This document shows, piece by piece, positions 41,756 to 52,382 of a DNA stretch of 64,000 bases. A program made the position numbers and the translations under genes. The stretch spans positions 441,417-505,416 of the forward strand of contig JBAZVD010000001.1 of NCBI GenBank assembly GCA_041661065.1. Direction: 5' to 3'. The DNA is from Candidatus Peribacteraceae bacterium (lineage in GTDB: Bacteria; Patescibacteriota; Gracilibacteria; Peribacterales; Peribacteraceae). The notes beneath the pieces are model-generated. The model saw nothing but the letters and a program-made list of their open reading frames with translations, searched no databases and was not told where the DNA came from. The number at the start of each line of letters is the position of its first letter. The first letter of the stretch is position 1.

Positions 41756-44203
41756 ATGAGCGACGGAGAGGTGAAGACTGTATTGGCTAAATACCAAATA
41801 GGATTGACAGCTGATGAGGCACGCAAGGTCCAAGAGATGATCGGAAGACCTCCGAGTGTGGTCGAGGCTGTCATTTGGGGCATACAGGGGAGCGAACACT
41901 GCAGCTACAAATCCAGCAGAAGGTTCCTCAAGACCCTTCCTACGGAGGGGGAGCACGTCATCTTGGGGCCCAAAGAGGATGCGGGGATCGTTGCGCTCAC
42001 GGACGGGCCTCCCGGAAAACGATGGGGAATCGTCATCAGCCACGAGTCGCACAACCATCCATCGCAGATCGTCCCCTACGAAGGCGCCGCGACGGGTATC
42101 GGCGGAACGGTGCGTGACGTGGCGTGTATGGGGGCGCGCGTGCTGGGAGCACTCGATTCCCTGCGGCTCGGCGACCTGAAGACGAGCGAATCCAAAACCA
42201 TCGCCAAAGAAGTGGTGCGGGGCATAGCAGGGTACGGGAATCCGTTAGGAATCCCCAACCTGGGCGGGGACATCGTGTTCGATGCCGCCTACAACAGCAA
42301 CTGTCTCGTGAACGCCATAGCCGTAGGCCTCGTGCGCGAGGACGAAATCATCCACAGCTACGTACCAAAGGAAGCCGCTGAGGTGGGGTACGATGTGATC
42401 ATTGTGGGCAAGCCGACGGACCGCAGCGGATTCGGCGGTGCGGCGTTCGCGAGCGTCTCCATGGAGGAGGAGAAGAAGGACCAGAACAGCGGGGCGGTGC
42501 AGGAGCCAAACCCTTTCCTGGAACGCCATCTCCTGGCATCCACCTATGCGCTCTTCGACTGGATCGTCACAACGGGCAACCTGCCGCACGTCAGCTTCAA
42601 GGATCTGGGCGCGGGCGGCGTTGTATGCGCTTCCGTGGAACAGGTGGCGGGACCAGGATACGGCGCGGAGATCGATTTGGACCGTCTCCACGTGGCGGTT
42701 GAGGATCTTCCTTCCGAAGTCATCGCCTGTGCGGAAACGCAAGAGAGGTTCTGTTGGATGTGCCATCCCGACCTCACGCAGCGCATTCTCGACCACTACA
42801 ACAAGGATTGGGACTTGCCCGCCATCGCTGAGAAAGCACGCGCAAGCGTCATCGGCAAAGTGACCGGGGACGGCGTCTACCGCGTGCGACACCGCGGCAG
42901 GGTGGTCTGCGAAGCTAAATCACGCGACATCACGTCCGGGCTTCTCTACAACAGGAAGACGGAGCAGAAAGTAGAAGTTCGCAAGGAACCTACGTTGAGT
43001 TGCGAAGGAGATGCCATAGGCGTGGAAGTGGAGGGAAAGATGCATACGACAAGCATCGGTGAAGTGTTCAAGGCGATGGTTGCGCACCCCAATTACGCCA
43101 GCAGATTCCCGGCCATTCTTCACTACGACAAGACCGTCATCGGGAATTCGGTTGTGGAAGCGGGTGAAGCGGACGCAGGGGTCATAGCGCCGCTGGGGAA
43201 TCTTGAACACTATGTACAGGGAGGATCCCATACCGGTTGGGAAGTTTCGGAGAAGGATCGCAAACGCGGCGCGGCATTCTCCAGCGACGGGAACAGCCGC
43301 TACGGGCGCATATCACCCTACTGGCAGGGGGCGCTGGCGGCGCTGGAGAGCATGTGCAACGTCGCCGCCGTCGGCGCAACGCCCAGGGCCCTCACCGATT
43401 GCCTCAATTACGGAAACCCGGAGAAGCCGGCGGAATTGGGCGCACTGGAAGAAGGCGTACGGGGGATCGGCGACGCTGCGAGAGGCGTGGCCATCCGTGG
43501 TGCACCGGTACCCGTCATTTCGGGGAATGTGAGCCTGTACAACGATACACCCGATGGCGGACCCATACCTCCCAGCGCCATAGTGTGCTGCGTGGGGGTG
43601 GTGGAAGACGCGTCCAAAGCCGTATCCATGCAATGCACGAAGGAAGGTTCCCTCCTCCTCTACATCGGCGAGCCGAAGGACGAATGCGGCGGTTCGGCGT
43701 ACTACCAAGTGCTGGAAGAAATCACCGGAGCGGCGCGTGACGTCCTCCTGGGCGCCCATGTGCCCAAGCCGGACTTTCCCGTAATCGGACGCATGATGGA
43801 ATGCGTCAGGGACCTCATCGGTGGCGGTTCCGTTCGTTCCTGCCATGATGTGAGCGAAGGGGGCATGCTCCTCGCTTTGTTCGAAATGCTTCTCCCGAGG
43901 CGCAAGGTTTCGAGGGGATTCGGGGTCGAGGTTGAGTTGCATAACTTTCCGGGTTCACTGCGGACGGATACGCTCCTCTTTACGCAAACACCCGCTTTCA
44001 TCATAGAGGTGGAACAGGAATTACGGGATGCAGTGGAACGGCTCTGCAAGGAACACAATGTCCCCGTCCACGCCCTGGGAACCGTGACGAATGACGGGAC
44101 GATGCGCGTGCGGCATGGCGCGCTCACCCTGCAATGGGAAATGGCTGAGATGCACCGGATTTGGGAACAGGGGCTGATAAAAGCATGGGAAACGCAGCAG
44201 TGA
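41756..44203 (+). CDS. purL: Phosphoribosylformylglycinamidine synthase subunit PurL
   Basis: 'GIQGSEHCSYKSS', 'SHESHNHPSQI', 'GGTVRDV', 'GNPLGIPNLGG'. The ORF opens at 41705. Confidence 0.92.
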   Translation: MSDGEVKTVLAKYQIGLTADEARKVQEMIGRPPSVVEAVIWGIQGSEHCSYKSSRRFLKTLPTEGEHVILGPKEDAGIVALTDGPPGKRWGIVISHESHNHPSQIVPYEGAATGIGGTVRDVACMGARVLGALDSLRLGDLKTSESKTIAKEVVRGIAGYGNPLGIPNLGGDIVFDAAYNSNCLVNAIAVGLVREDEIIHSYVPKEAAEVGYDVIIVGKPTDRSGFGGAAFASVSMEEEKKDQNSGAVQEPNPFLERHLLASTYALFDWIVTTGNLPHVSFKDLGAGGVVCASVEQVAGPGYGAEIDLDRLHVAVEDLPSEVIACAETQERFCWMCHPDLTQRILDHYNKDWDLPAIAEKARASVIGKVTGDGVYRVRHRGRVVCEAKSRDITSGLLYNRKTEQKVEVRKEPTLSCEGDAIGVEVEGKMHTTSIGEVFKAMVAHPNYASRFPAILHYDKTVIGNSVVEAGEADAGVIAPLGNLEHYVQGGSHTGWEVSEKDRKRGAAFSSDGNSRYGRISPYWQGALAALESMCNVAAVGATPRALTDCLNYGNPEKPAELGALEEGVRGIGDAARGVAIRGAPVPVISGNVSLYNDTPDGGPIPPSAIVCCVGVVEDASKAVSMQCTKEGSLLLYIGEPKDECGGSAYYQVLEEITGAARDVLLGAHVPKPDFPVIGRMMECVRDLIGGGSVRSCHDVSEGGMLLALFEMLLPRRKVSRGFGVEVELHNFPGSLRTDTLLFTQTPAFIIEVEQELRDAVERLCKEHNVPVHALGTVTNDGTMRVRHGALTLQWEMAEMHRIWEQGLIKAWETQQ

Positions 44204-44288
44204 TCATTTCATACGATATTCCGTTCCTTGCATGCCCATTTACTAGGGCGCGCTTGCTTGTAAGGGGCAAGCACTGTGAAATGCCCCC

Positions 44289-45566
44289 ATGATCCACCGC
44301 TCCACTGGCGCTTTTGCGCTTACTCTTTCTATCCTTCTCAGTACATCAGCGGCTGCACTGCCGGCATTCGCCGCCAGCGGCGACACGGTCCCGACAGGAA
44401 TCATTACCATTGAACAAACACCCGTGTACGGCATCACGTGGAAATGGACATTGCTTAATACCGACCATGCTTCCTTCACCGGCAACAAGGAGACGGAGCA
44501 AGTGAACATACCCGCGGGTTCCTACACACTCTTCTTCGATTCGCCGAAAGGGTACACGACGGCCGTGCAATTGCTGCAGGGCGATACGGTCCTGCAGAAA
44601 GCGGAATCCCCCCAATTGACTTTCACCTACGACGGCAGTGCCTCTCTGCGCATCAAAGTCGCCTATACGTTGTTCTACAAAGGACAGGTGAACGTCGTCA
44701 GTACGCCGAAGGGCATACCGTTCGAGATGCGCGGCCCGAACTTGATTGTTCTCCCGGGCGTTACGCCGCAGTCGTTCCCCGATATGCCCATCGGGCAGTA
44801 CAGCGTCCGGTATTTCCCCGAAGGCTGCACGGCCACCCCTCCTCGCTCCGACGAGCTCAAATACGAAAGCCGCGTGGACTTTTCCGTCACGTTGAGCTGT
44901 GACGGTGTGAAGGCGATGGAAGAGAAGCGCAGCGAGAGCACGAAGTTTGTGAATACCTCGGTGGGAGAAGACGTCATCGTCCTCCGGGATGTACCCACGG
45001 ATGCATGGTTCGCCACGTACGTGAACAGTGTTGTCCGCCGCGGGATCATGGCGGGTTATAAGAATGATGACGGGTCGCCGAGCGACAGGTTCGGTCCGAC
45101 GGAGCCCGTGACCCTCGCACAACTCGCGAAAATCGCCCATGAGATATCCGGATTGGATGAGTCGAGAACGACATCTTTTCCGGTGAATATGTCCGCGTAC
45201 GGATGGATGCAGACCTACATCGCCTCCGCGGAAGCCAATGACTGGCTGGTATTCACCGACTCCGGCGCGGACGTGAACCGGCCGGCAACGCGCGGGGAAG
45301 TACTTGTCACGCTGCTCCAGGCGCTCGATATCCCGTTGAAATGGCCGCGCGGAAACATGTTCAGCGATGTCTACAGGAGGACGCCGTATGCAGGCGCCAT
45401 TGAGACGGCGGCGGCGGCGGGGGTGGTTGCGGGGACTTTGGACAATACCGGAAAGCTCACGGGAGCGTTCGGCCCCGTCAATTCCGTCAACCGCGCGGAA
45501 ATGGCCAAGATCGTCATGATGGCCATCGAGAAGTACAAGCTGAGCGTATCGGAAGTGGAAGAATGA
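44289..45566 (+). CDS. Secreted protein with three C-terminal SLH (S-layer homology) repeats
   Basis: Signal 'LTLSILLSTSAAALPAFA'. SLH-type 'RDVPTDAWFATYVNSVVRRGIMAGY', 'FSDVYRRTPYAGAIETAAAAGVVAG' and '...VNRAEMAKIV'. Confidence 0.8.
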   Translation: MIHRSTGAFALTLSILLSTSAAALPAFAASGDTVPTGIITIEQTPVYGITWKWTLLNTDHASFTGNKETEQVNIPAGSYTLFFDSPKGYTTAVQLLQGDTVLQKAESPQLTFTYDGSASLRIKVAYTLFYKGQVNVVSTPKGIPFEMRGPNLIVLPGVTPQSFPDMPIGQYSVRYFPEGCTATPPRSDELKYESRVDFSVTLSCDGVKAMEEKRSESTKFVNTSVGEDVIVLRDVPTDAWFATYVNSVVRRGIMAGYKNDDGSPSDRFGPTEPVTLAQLAKIAHEISGLDESRTTSFPVNMSAYGWMQTYIASAEANDWLVFTDSGADVNRPATRGEVLVTLLQALDIPLKWPRGNMFSDVYRRTPYAGAIETAAAAGVVAGTLDNTGKLTGAFGPVNSVNRAEMAKIVMMAIEKYKLSVSEVEE

Positions 45567-45586
45567 CATGCGCCCTTCACGCACTG

Positions 45587-46873
45587 CTACGTCTGGGTGT
45601 GCAAATCCAGCATTCTCGCCGCGAGCGACGTGATATTCCCCGCGCCCATGCAGAGGAGGATATCACCGGGCTTCAGGATCTTCCTGAGCATCCGCTCCGT
45701 CTCTTTCAACGACGTGCCGTTCCTCGCTTCCACGGAGCTCCGTGACGCTATGTCCTTCACGAATGCGTCCACGTCCACTTCCTTCGTCTCAATGTCTGTC
45801 CGCGCGACGTAGATATCCGGAATGATGACGCTATCCGCTCCGGCAAATGCCTTGGTGAATCCCTCGTACATTTTGAGAGTGCGGTCATGCGTGTGCGGCT
45901 GGAAGACCGTCACCAGTCGTCTCGAGGGATAGGCGCTCTTCATAGCAGCGATGGTTGCAGTAATCTCTTTCGGATGGTGTGCGTAGTCATCAACAATGAG
46001 AACACCGCCGGCCTCTCCCTTCACCTCCATACGCCGCCAAGTTCCCGCGAAGCCTGATAACGACTTTGTGGCTTCAGCATGCGGTATAGAAAGCACTTCC
46101 GCCAACGCCAGAACCAACTGCGCATTCTGCATCATGTGGAGGCCCGGGGTGTTGAGCGACGTCAACGGAAAGCTGTCGGCGTCCTGCACGGTCCTTCCCG
46201 CGCGCTGGACGACATCGGCGCAGTCCCGGTCACTCTTGTGCGTAATGACCATGCCGTCCTTGGGGAGCTTTTGTATGAATGCAACGAATGCCTGTTTATA
46301 ATCGTCTTCAGACGCGTAGTAATCGAAGTGGTCACCGTCACAGTTCGTTAGGATGACGATGGAAGGGCTGTAGTGCATGAAGGACCTCCGGTACTCGCAC
46401 GCTTCCACCAGGAACAAGCCGCTCTTTCCCTGACGCCAATTCCTTCCTCCGAGTTCACGCACTTTGGTCCCCACCACCACCGTGGGATCCAATCCTGCTT
46501 CCAACAGCACTCTTGCCGCCATGGCGGTGGTGGAAGACTTCCCGTGCGTGCCGCAAACGGCGATAGTCCTGCTGCCATCCTGTATTTCCGCAAGCGCTTC
46601 GGGATACGATTTCTGGGGTATCCCCAATGACGTCGCTTTCCGTCGTTCCGGAGCATCGGGGGGGATGGCTTCGGAGTAGACGAGCAGTTCGGCATCGGAA
46701 GGGAGCGCCTCCCCGCCTTGATCCAAAGACACCGGTATCCCCTGCTCACGCAGGTCCGCGATGAGCTCGCTCATGTTCCGGTCGCTGCCGGATACGTCAT
46801 GCCCGGCGGCCTTCCGAAGGGAAGCGTATGCGCTAAGGCCTATGCCCCCGATTCCGCAGCAATGGATCCTCAT
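45587..46873 (-). CDS. murC: UDP-N-acetylmuramate--L-alanine ligase
   Basis: 'IHCCGIGGIGLSAYA...HDVSGSD', 'AVCGTHGKSSTTAM', 'DDYAHHP', 'MGAGNI'. Confidence 0.88.
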   Translation of the reverse strand: MRIHCCGIGGIGLSAYASLRKAAGHDVSGSDRNMSELIADLREQGIPVSLDQGGEALPSDAELLVYSEAIPPDAPERRKATSLGIPQKSYPEALAEIQDGSRTIAVCGTHGKSSTTAMAARVLLEAGLDPTVVVGTKVRELGGRNWRQGKSGLFLVEACEYRRSFMHYSPSIVILTNCDGDHFDYYASEDDYKQAFVAFIQKLPKDGMVITHKSDRDCADVVQRAGRTVQDADSFPLTSLNTPGLHMMQNAQLVLALAEVLSIPHAEATKSLSGFAGTWRRMEVKGEAGGVLIVDDYAHHPKEITATIAAMKSAYPSRRLVTVFQPHTHDRTLKMYEGFTKAFAGADSVIIPDIYVARTDIETKEVDVDAFVKDIASRSSVEARNGTSLKETERMLRKILKPGDILLCMGAGNITSLAARMLDLHTQT

Positions 46874-46915
46874 AAATCACGTGCAGTATAGCCCATTAGC
46901 GCTACACTGTCCCCC

Positions 46916-47362
46916 GTGACCTACCGAGACTTGGAGCCGGTATCCAAGCAGCTCACGATTGTCGTGGGCCTTACGGTCGTGGGTTTCATGGCGTTCGGCC
47001 TTGCGCTTTCGTACTACAGGAATGTCCTGTTTGAAGTGACGCTTGAGAACATCCGCATGGAGAACGACAAGCTCCGGTCGAGGAACTCCTTGAGCCAATC
47101 GGATGTGGATTATTATCGATCCGCGCAATACAAGGACAAATATGCGAAGGAGAACTTGGGAAAGGTGAATGCGGGCGAAAAGCTGCTCATCCTCAATGAA
47201 AAGGTCACGGCACCCGCACTCGATGATGAGGGACAATTGACGGCAACGGAAAGGCAGGAAATTGAGTTCGAGGAACTCCTGAGGCAGATGCCCGTACTGG
47301 AGCACTGGAAACTCTACCTGTTCCACCCGGAGCGCATTGAGGAACTGAAGAGGGCGATGTAA
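46916..47362 (+). CDS. Septum formation initiator (FtsB/DivIC-like)
   Basis: A single TM segment, a coiled coil 'LENIRMENDKLRSRN', and 'YYRSAQYKDKYAKENLG'. Confidence 0.7.
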   Translation: MTYRDLEPVSKQLTIVVGLTVVGFMAFGLALSYYRNVLFEVTLENIRMENDKLRSRNSLSQSDVDYYRSAQYKDKYAKENLGKVNAGEKLLILNEKVTAPALDDEGQLTATERQEIEFEELLRQMPVLEHWKLYLFHPERIEELKRAM

Positions 47363-47370
47363 GTATGATC

Positions 47371-47637
47371 TTATGAGTCGGTTGCCGTAGACGGTGGGAG
47401 AGTCACCAGCCGTTCTTTCTCAGGCTTTTTCCATTTCTTCACTTGGAATTCTCTTCTTCGTGATTCAGCAAGAGTCTTATACTGTTCATAATATATAATC
47501 TGTATCGGTTTCCTGCTTCGGGTATATTTCGCGCCTTTCCCGTTATTGTGTTGTTGTTCACGACGCAGCAGGTCTATGGCTGTACCACAGTACAATGATT
47601 GATCACAACACCGCGCGATATAAAAGTAGTATGGCAT
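47371..47637 (-). CDS. GIY-YIG nuclease family protein (UPF0213/YhbQ-like)
   Basis: 'MPYYFYIARCCDQSLYCGTAIDLLRREQQHNNGKGAKYTRSRKP...RREFQVKKW'. It is AT-rich and lies 70 nt downstream of tRNA-fMet on the same strand. The ORF opens at 47691. Confidence 0.8.
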   Translation of the reverse strand: MPYYFYIARCCDQSLYCGTAIDLLRREQQHNNGKGAKYTRSRKPIQIIYYEQYKTLAESRRREFQVKKWKKPEKERLVTLPPSTATDS

Positions 47638-47707
47638 CAGTCCCAGTATAGCCTCTCGACGCGTCCGCCTTTGCAGACTCGCTCGGGGCACTCCATGTTG
47701 AATCGAA

Positions 47708-47785
<78 letters not shown>

Positions 47786-47818
47786 CAGTAAAGTCATTCT
47801 GACTGAATCTTTTTACTC

Positions 47819-47846
47819 TTGCAAGTAGACGGATCATGAGTAGAAT
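47819..47846 (+). promoter_or_regulatory. Sigma70-like promoter (TTGCAA, 16 nt, TAGAAT) 9 nt upstream of the rpmA ATG
   Basis: TTGCAA at 47819-47824, TAGAAT at 47841-47846, ATG at 47856. Confidence 0.55.
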
Positions 47847-47855
47847 GTGCAGGCT

Positions 47856-48140
47856 ATGGCTCATAAAAAGGCCGGTGGGTCTACACAGAATGGCAGAGAC
47901 AGCGTTGCGAAGCGCCGCGGCGTAAAGCGTTTTGGCGGGCAAAAGGTCAATGCAGGGGAGGTTTTGGTACGCCAGAAAGGCTATTGGTACCGCCCCGGAC
48001 AGAACACGCATGTGGGCAACGATTGGACCATCCATGCTTCCGTGAACGGCGTGGTGCGTTTCCAGAAGAAGCGTGTGGCAAAGTTCAACGGGAACCGCGA
48101 GAAATGCACGGTGGTGTTCGTAGAGGCCGTCGTCGCGTGA
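47856..48140 (+). CDS. rpmA: 50S ribosomal protein L27
   Basis: '[40 protein letters not shown]'. The ORF opens at 47847, inside the -10 box. Confidence 0.93.
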   Translation: MAHKKAGGSTQNGRDSVAKRRGVKRFGGQKVNAGEVLVRQKGYWYRPGQNTHVGNDWTIHASVNGVVRFQKKRVAKFNGNREKCTVVFVEAVVA

Positions 48141-48206
48141 TGAAACCGATCATTGGGGGCCGTTCTTGCGTTTGTCGTGTTCAAGGAATTTCATTAGTAT
48201 AGGCCC

Positions 48207-48902
48207 ATGAGCGATTTCGGAGGTCCAGAATCGTTTGCACCGGGTGAGGGAGGCGGCAATGCCCCCGAGCAATTGAGCGAAGAAGCGAGGCAGAGGTTCG
48301 CAGCTTCCGCCGCCGCCATGAAAGCCATACAGAGGGAGGAGAAGCGCAGTCGCAAGAGGGATGACCGCGTCGCACGTACCATCATCCAATTTCTCAATGA
48401 CGAGCGATATACCCACCTGTTCGTCCTCATTTCCCGTCTCGTTGCCAGGGATTGTCCTTCCATCTTCACCCTTGCCATCCTCTCTTTGATCAGTGACGAA
48501 AGCAAAACGGTGGTGCAAGATTACCTCAAGGAAACCGGGCAGAAGTCCGAGGCGGAGACCGTAGGGGATTCCCTACGGCTCACTAAGGGCGGGGAAATGG
48601 ATGCCGCATCCCACGCACGCATCGTGGAGTGGATCACGCGCATGCAGATGGTTCTCTCCCTCGAAGCCGTTCCCATCCTCACGAGGCTCATGGTTGATGA
48701 ACATACGATCGACGGGACGGTCCTCCAGCTCACCACCTTCGTCCTCCAGGATTTCTTTTCCGGAGACAGCAAGAAGAAGATCCCCTTCGAGAAACTGCAT
48801 TCATTCACCGCAAGCGTGCTCCAGACGGTGTTCGAACCGTTCATGGATGCCGTGGAGAAGCGGGCATTCCGCAAGCCGACGGAGGAGAATGACCGGGAGT
48901 GA
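48207..48902 (+). CDS. Hypothetical protein
   Basis: 231-aa ORF with coding-like composition and no recognisable motif. Confidence 0.6.
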   Translation: MSDFGGPESFAPGEGGGNAPEQLSEEARQRFAASAAAMKAIQREEKRSRKRDDRVARTIIQFLNDERYTHLFVLISRLVARDCPSIFTLAILSLISDESKTVVQDYLKETGQKSEAETVGDSLRLTKGGEMDAASHARIVEWITRMQMVLSLEAVPILTRLMVDEHTIDGTVLQLTTFVLQDFFSGDSKKKIPFEKLHSFTASVLQTVFEPFMDAVEKRAFRKPTEENDRE

Positions 48903-49496
48903 TCACTGCGGCGAGAACGGGAAATCCTCCAAGGGTGTTTGATATCTCCCCTCAATTTCGGCGTACAAACGCAACAGGTTCACGTCCATGGTGAAGTTCG
49001 CGTCATCAACGCGCTTCATGAGTGCCTTCTTCACCACGCGGAAACGCTGCGGATGCCGAATGCGTGCCAGCGTGATGTGAGGCGAGAACGGCTGCGCGGA
49101 AGGCCATGGGCAGAGCTTGCGCAGACGCGCCAGTTCCTCCGAGAAAGGGACGGCGAGGAACAGCACGCGGTCATCGCCACGGGCACCGAATGTTTGAGCG
49201 CCTTGCACCTTGAGCGTAAACGGCGAGGCCTTGCGTGCTATGTCTTCCGATTGCCTGAGAATTCGTCCGTACTCGATCTCCATCACTTCCGGCCAGAATT
49301 GGAGCGTGAGATGCGGGGATTGGGGGTTTTGGAACGCCAAGACTTCTTCCCAGGGCTTGAGTTCTTCCTGCAAGGCCTGGAAGAGCCACTTCTCTTTTCC
49401 TTCTAGAGGAAGGGCGAGAAACGCAGATTGTAGTGGATAATTGTAACCTTGAAGCATTCTGCATACTATACTACACTTCCTTTCCATGGAAAACAT
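48903..49496 (-). CDS. thpR: RNA 2',3'-cyclic phosphodiesterase / 2'-5' RNA ligase family
   Basis: Two H-x-T-x motifs, 'SPHLTLQFW' and 'SPHITLARI'. An alternative start is M14 at 49457. Confidence 0.85.
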   Translation of the reverse strand: MFSMERKCSIVCRMLQGYNYPLQSAFLALPLEGKEKWLFQALQEELKPWEEVLAFQNPQSPHLTLQFWPEVMEIEYGRILRQSEDIARKASPFTLKVQGAQTFGARGDDRVLFLAVPFSEELARLRKLCPWPSAQPFSPHITLARIRHPQRFRVVKKALMKRVDDANFTMDVNLLRLYAEIEGRYQTPLEDFPFSPQ

Positions 49497-49693
49497 GCTT
49501 CCTCCAGACGCAAATGAATCTCTGGATGTTCAGACTACTTTTTGGAACATCCTTATTCGCTATGGAGGCGATTCACGGGAAGTTGGAAGCTATCTCATAC
49601 AATTGGAACGTGACACACTATATGAACTATTAGAGAATCACAGTAATAGAATTCCAGAAGCGTAATAATGAGATGATGATAATGGCCACGATG

Positions 49694-51526
49694 CTATCTC
49701 TTGAGGACGGCTAAGAACGCCTCCTGGGTCAGGGTCACCTTCCCCATTTTCTTCATGCGCTTCTTGCCCTTCTTTTGCTTCTCCAGAAGCTTCTTCTTGC
49801 GGCTCACGTCCCCTCCGTACAGGTATCCCGTCACGTCTTTACGAAAGGCGGAAACCGTCTCCCGTGCCACGATCTTCCCACCGATCGCCGCCTGTATGGG
49901 AATGGGGAATTGCTGCTTAGGCACCACTTCCTTGAGCTGTTTGCATATGATGCCACCCACGGAATGAGCCTCGGACCTGTGGACTATAGTCGAGAGGGCA
50001 TCGGCAGGTTCACCCAGGAGGAGGATGCTGAGCTTCACCAGTTCGCCGGAGCGGTTGCCGATGTGTTCGTAGCTCATGGAAGCATACCCGGCGGTGGCGG
50101 ACTTCATGCGGTCGAAGAAATCCAGAACGATGCTCTGGAGCGGCACTTCGAAGTGCAGGATCGCCCTGTCTTCGATGTACTCCGTGTTCAAGTACACGCC
50201 GCGCCTGTCCCCCGCCAGTGTCATGCAGGCGCCCACGTCCTGCTTCCTGCACACAATTTCCATTTTCACCCAAGGCTCTCGTATCTCATCGATCAACGCG
50301 GCATCGGGAAAGTCCGCCGGGTTGCTGATGGAAGCAACGGAAGGCTCGTCCGGCTTGAGGAGGCTCGCGCGCACGTATTCCGCCGGGTTCTTGGCACGCA
50401 GTTTGACCTCGTAGAGAACGCTTGGCGCCGTTATCACCAGGTCGCAATCGTGCTCCCGTTCCAATCGTTCCTGGATGATGTCCATATGCAGCAAACCCAG
50501 GAAGCCGCAGCGGAAACCGTTGCCGAGAGCGGAATTGCGCTCCGGCTCCATTTGGAGCGCCGCATCGTTGAGGGAGAGCTTCTCCAGTGCCTCGCGCAGC
50601 CTGGAGTACTCATCCGCTTCGGTGGGGTAGAGTCCGGCGAAGACCATGGGTTGTACGTGCTTATAACCCGGCAAAGCCTTGGATTCGGAGGAGAGCGCAA
50701 TGGTGTCACCCACGCGCACCTGGTTCACATCCTTGAGTCCGGTGACGATGTACCCGATCTGCCCCACGGAGAGAGAGTCGTCCGAAACGTACTTGGGGGC
50801 GAAGTGGCCAACGTCCAATACTTCGAAGACGGTCTTCGTCTGCAAGCAATGCGCTTTCTGCTTTTTCTCGAACAGCCCTTCCACCACCCGAACGTAGGCG
50901 ACTGCTCCGCGGTAGGTATCCATGATGGCATCGAAGATCAATGCACGGGTGTTCTGACCGTTCTCCGTCGGGAGGCCGCTCTCGCGAGGCTTCGGCGTCC
51001 TCTCAATCACCGCATCCAGGACCTCGTTCACTCCCCTGCCCTCTTTTGCGGAGATGAGGAGGATGTCCTTCTTCTCGCATCCGAGGAGCTTGCGCACTTC
51101 TTCGGTGACGCGTTCGGGATCCGCGGCGGGGAGATCGATCTTGTTTAGAACGGGGATGATGGTGAGGTTGTGCTCCATGGCCATGTAGAGCACGGCGAGC
51201 GTCTGCGCTTGTATGCCTTGCGTGGCGTCCACAAGGAGAATGGCCCCTTCGCACGCAGCCAAAGAACGGCTCACCTCGTAGCGGAAGTCGGTATGCCCCG
51301 GCGTATCAATCAGGTTCAGCTCGAAGCCTTTGTACTGCATGCGGACAGGCTGCAGCTTGATGGTGATGCCACGCTCGCGCTCCAGGTCCATCATGTCCAG
51401 AAGTTGCTCCTTCATTTCGCGCTTCTGGACCGTCCCCGTGCACTCGATCATGCGGTCGGAGAGCGTCGATTTTCCATGGTCAATGTGCGCAATGATGCAA
51501 AAGTTCCTGATGTTCATGTATGTCAA
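49694..51526 (-). CDS. lepA: Elongation factor 4
   Basis: 'IRNFCIIAHIDHGKSTLSDR', 'DTPGHTDF', 'NKIDLP', and the C-terminal LepA region 'YGGDVSRKKKLLEKQKKGKKRMK'. Confidence 0.95.
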   Translation of the reverse strand: MTYMNIRNFCIIAHIDHGKSTLSDRMIECTGTVQKREMKEQLLDMMDLERERGITIKLQPVRMQYKGFELNLIDTPGHTDFRYEVSRSLAACEGAILLVDATQGIQAQTLAVLYMAMEHNLTIIPVLNKIDLPAADPERVTEEVRKLLGCEKKDILLISAKEGRGVNEVLDAVIERTPKPRESGLPTENGQNTRALIFDAIMDTYRGAVAYVRVVEGLFEKKQKAHCLQTKTVFEVLDVGHFAPKYVSDDSLSVGQIGYIVTGLKDVNQVRVGDTIALSSESKALPGYKHVQPMVFAGLYPTEADEYSRLREALEKLSLNDAALQMEPERNSALGNGFRCGFLGLLHMDIIQERLEREHDCDLVITAPSVLYEVKLRAKNPAEYVRASLLKPDEPSVASISNPADFPDAALIDEIREPWVKMEIVCRKQDVGACMTLAGDRRGVYLNTEYIEDRAILHFEVPLQSIVLDFFDRMKSATAGYASMSYEHIGNRSGELVKLSILLLGEPADALSTIVHRSEAHSVGGIICKQLKEVVPKQQFPIPIQAAIGGKIVARETVSAFRKDVTGYLYGGDVSRKKKLLEKQKKGKKRMKKMGKVTLTQEAFLAVLKR

Positions 51527-51602
51527 GGATAGCGCATATTCAAGCGAATGGCGATATTCTCTTTCTCCGGCTATTCATGTGAATTCCCTTCATCTGTAGG
51601 AA

Positions 51603-52331
51603 TCACGAACGTGAATCAACAGATGCAGGGAAACTGAAAGGGGTGAAAGTCGTTGTCTTGTCATAATAGTCTTCCTTTTCCTTGCGTTTGAGCAACGAGA
51701 CAAGGCGGTACGTGAGAGGCGTGAACAGGACTTCGATGGCAACTTTGAAGACGTAGTTTGCAATCACAAGGTTCCAGAACAGTGACCACGGAAACACGCC
51801 GAAGAACGTCGCTATGGCTATGAACGCAGCCGTATCAATCCCCTGCCCCACCAACGTGGAGCCGATCGTCCTCATCCACAAGTGGCGCCCCTCCATCCGC
51901 ACTTTCATCTTCGCAAGGATGACGGAATTGCTGAATGCACCGAAGAAGTATGCGACGAGGCTCGCAATGATGATCCCTCCGCTGCTCACGCCGCCGAGGA
52001 TCGAAATGTACGCCGCATCACCTGCGTACTGCTGCCACTGTGCTTCCCCCGGCAGCGCGGAGAGGATCCAGAACACGGCACTCATCGCGGCGGTGGCCGC
52101 AAAGCCGACCCAAATGACGCGCCGCGCACGCTTGAAGCCGTAGACTTCGGTAAGGATATCGCCGAAGATGTAACTCAAGGGAAAGAGGAGCGTCCCTCCG
52201 TCGAACGAAAGCCGGAGGCCGTAGAGGGAAACACCCCAATCCACGATCTTCGCGGATGAGGCGATGTTGCTCACGAGGAGCACCGCGACGAACGCGGCCA
52301 TGACGAGATCGAAGTAACGGTAGGACTTCAT
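51603..52331 (-). CDS. yhhQ: Queuosine-precursor transporter (VUT/DUF165, YhhQ-like)
   Basis: Six TM helices with 'LLFPLSYIFGDILTEVYGFKRARRVIW' and 'GQGIDTAAFI'. Confidence 0.82.
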   Translation of the reverse strand: MKSYRYFDLVMAAFVAVLLVSNIASSAKIVDWGVSLYGLRLSFDGGTLLFPLSYIFGDILTEVYGFKRARRVIWVGFAATAAMSAVFWILSALPGEAQWQQYAGDAAYISILGGVSSGGIIIASLVAYFFGAFSNSVILAKMKVRMEGRHLWMRTIGSTLVGQGIDTAAFIAIATFFGVFPWSLFWNLVIANYVFKVAIEVLFTPLTYRLVSLLKRKEKEDYYDKTTTFTPFSFPASVDSRS

Positions 52332-52344
52332 AGGTTGATGATAC

Positions 52345-52382
52345 TGCAGTTAAAGAAAGACCGCTTCGTTTTGCGAAGCGGC
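52345..52382 (-). promoter_or_regulatory. Terminator-like hairpin in the yhhQ 5' leader
   Basis: On the minus strand, gccgcttcg-caaaa-cgaagcggt is followed by ctttctttaa, ending about 14 nt before the yhhQ ATG. Confidence 0.4.

Noticed and set aside
49433-49633. 66-aa ORF in the AT-rich spacer between thpR and lepA
   Set aside because: It has no motif and no SD. It begins inside the thpR coding region, and its composition is typical of AT-rich non-coding DNA.
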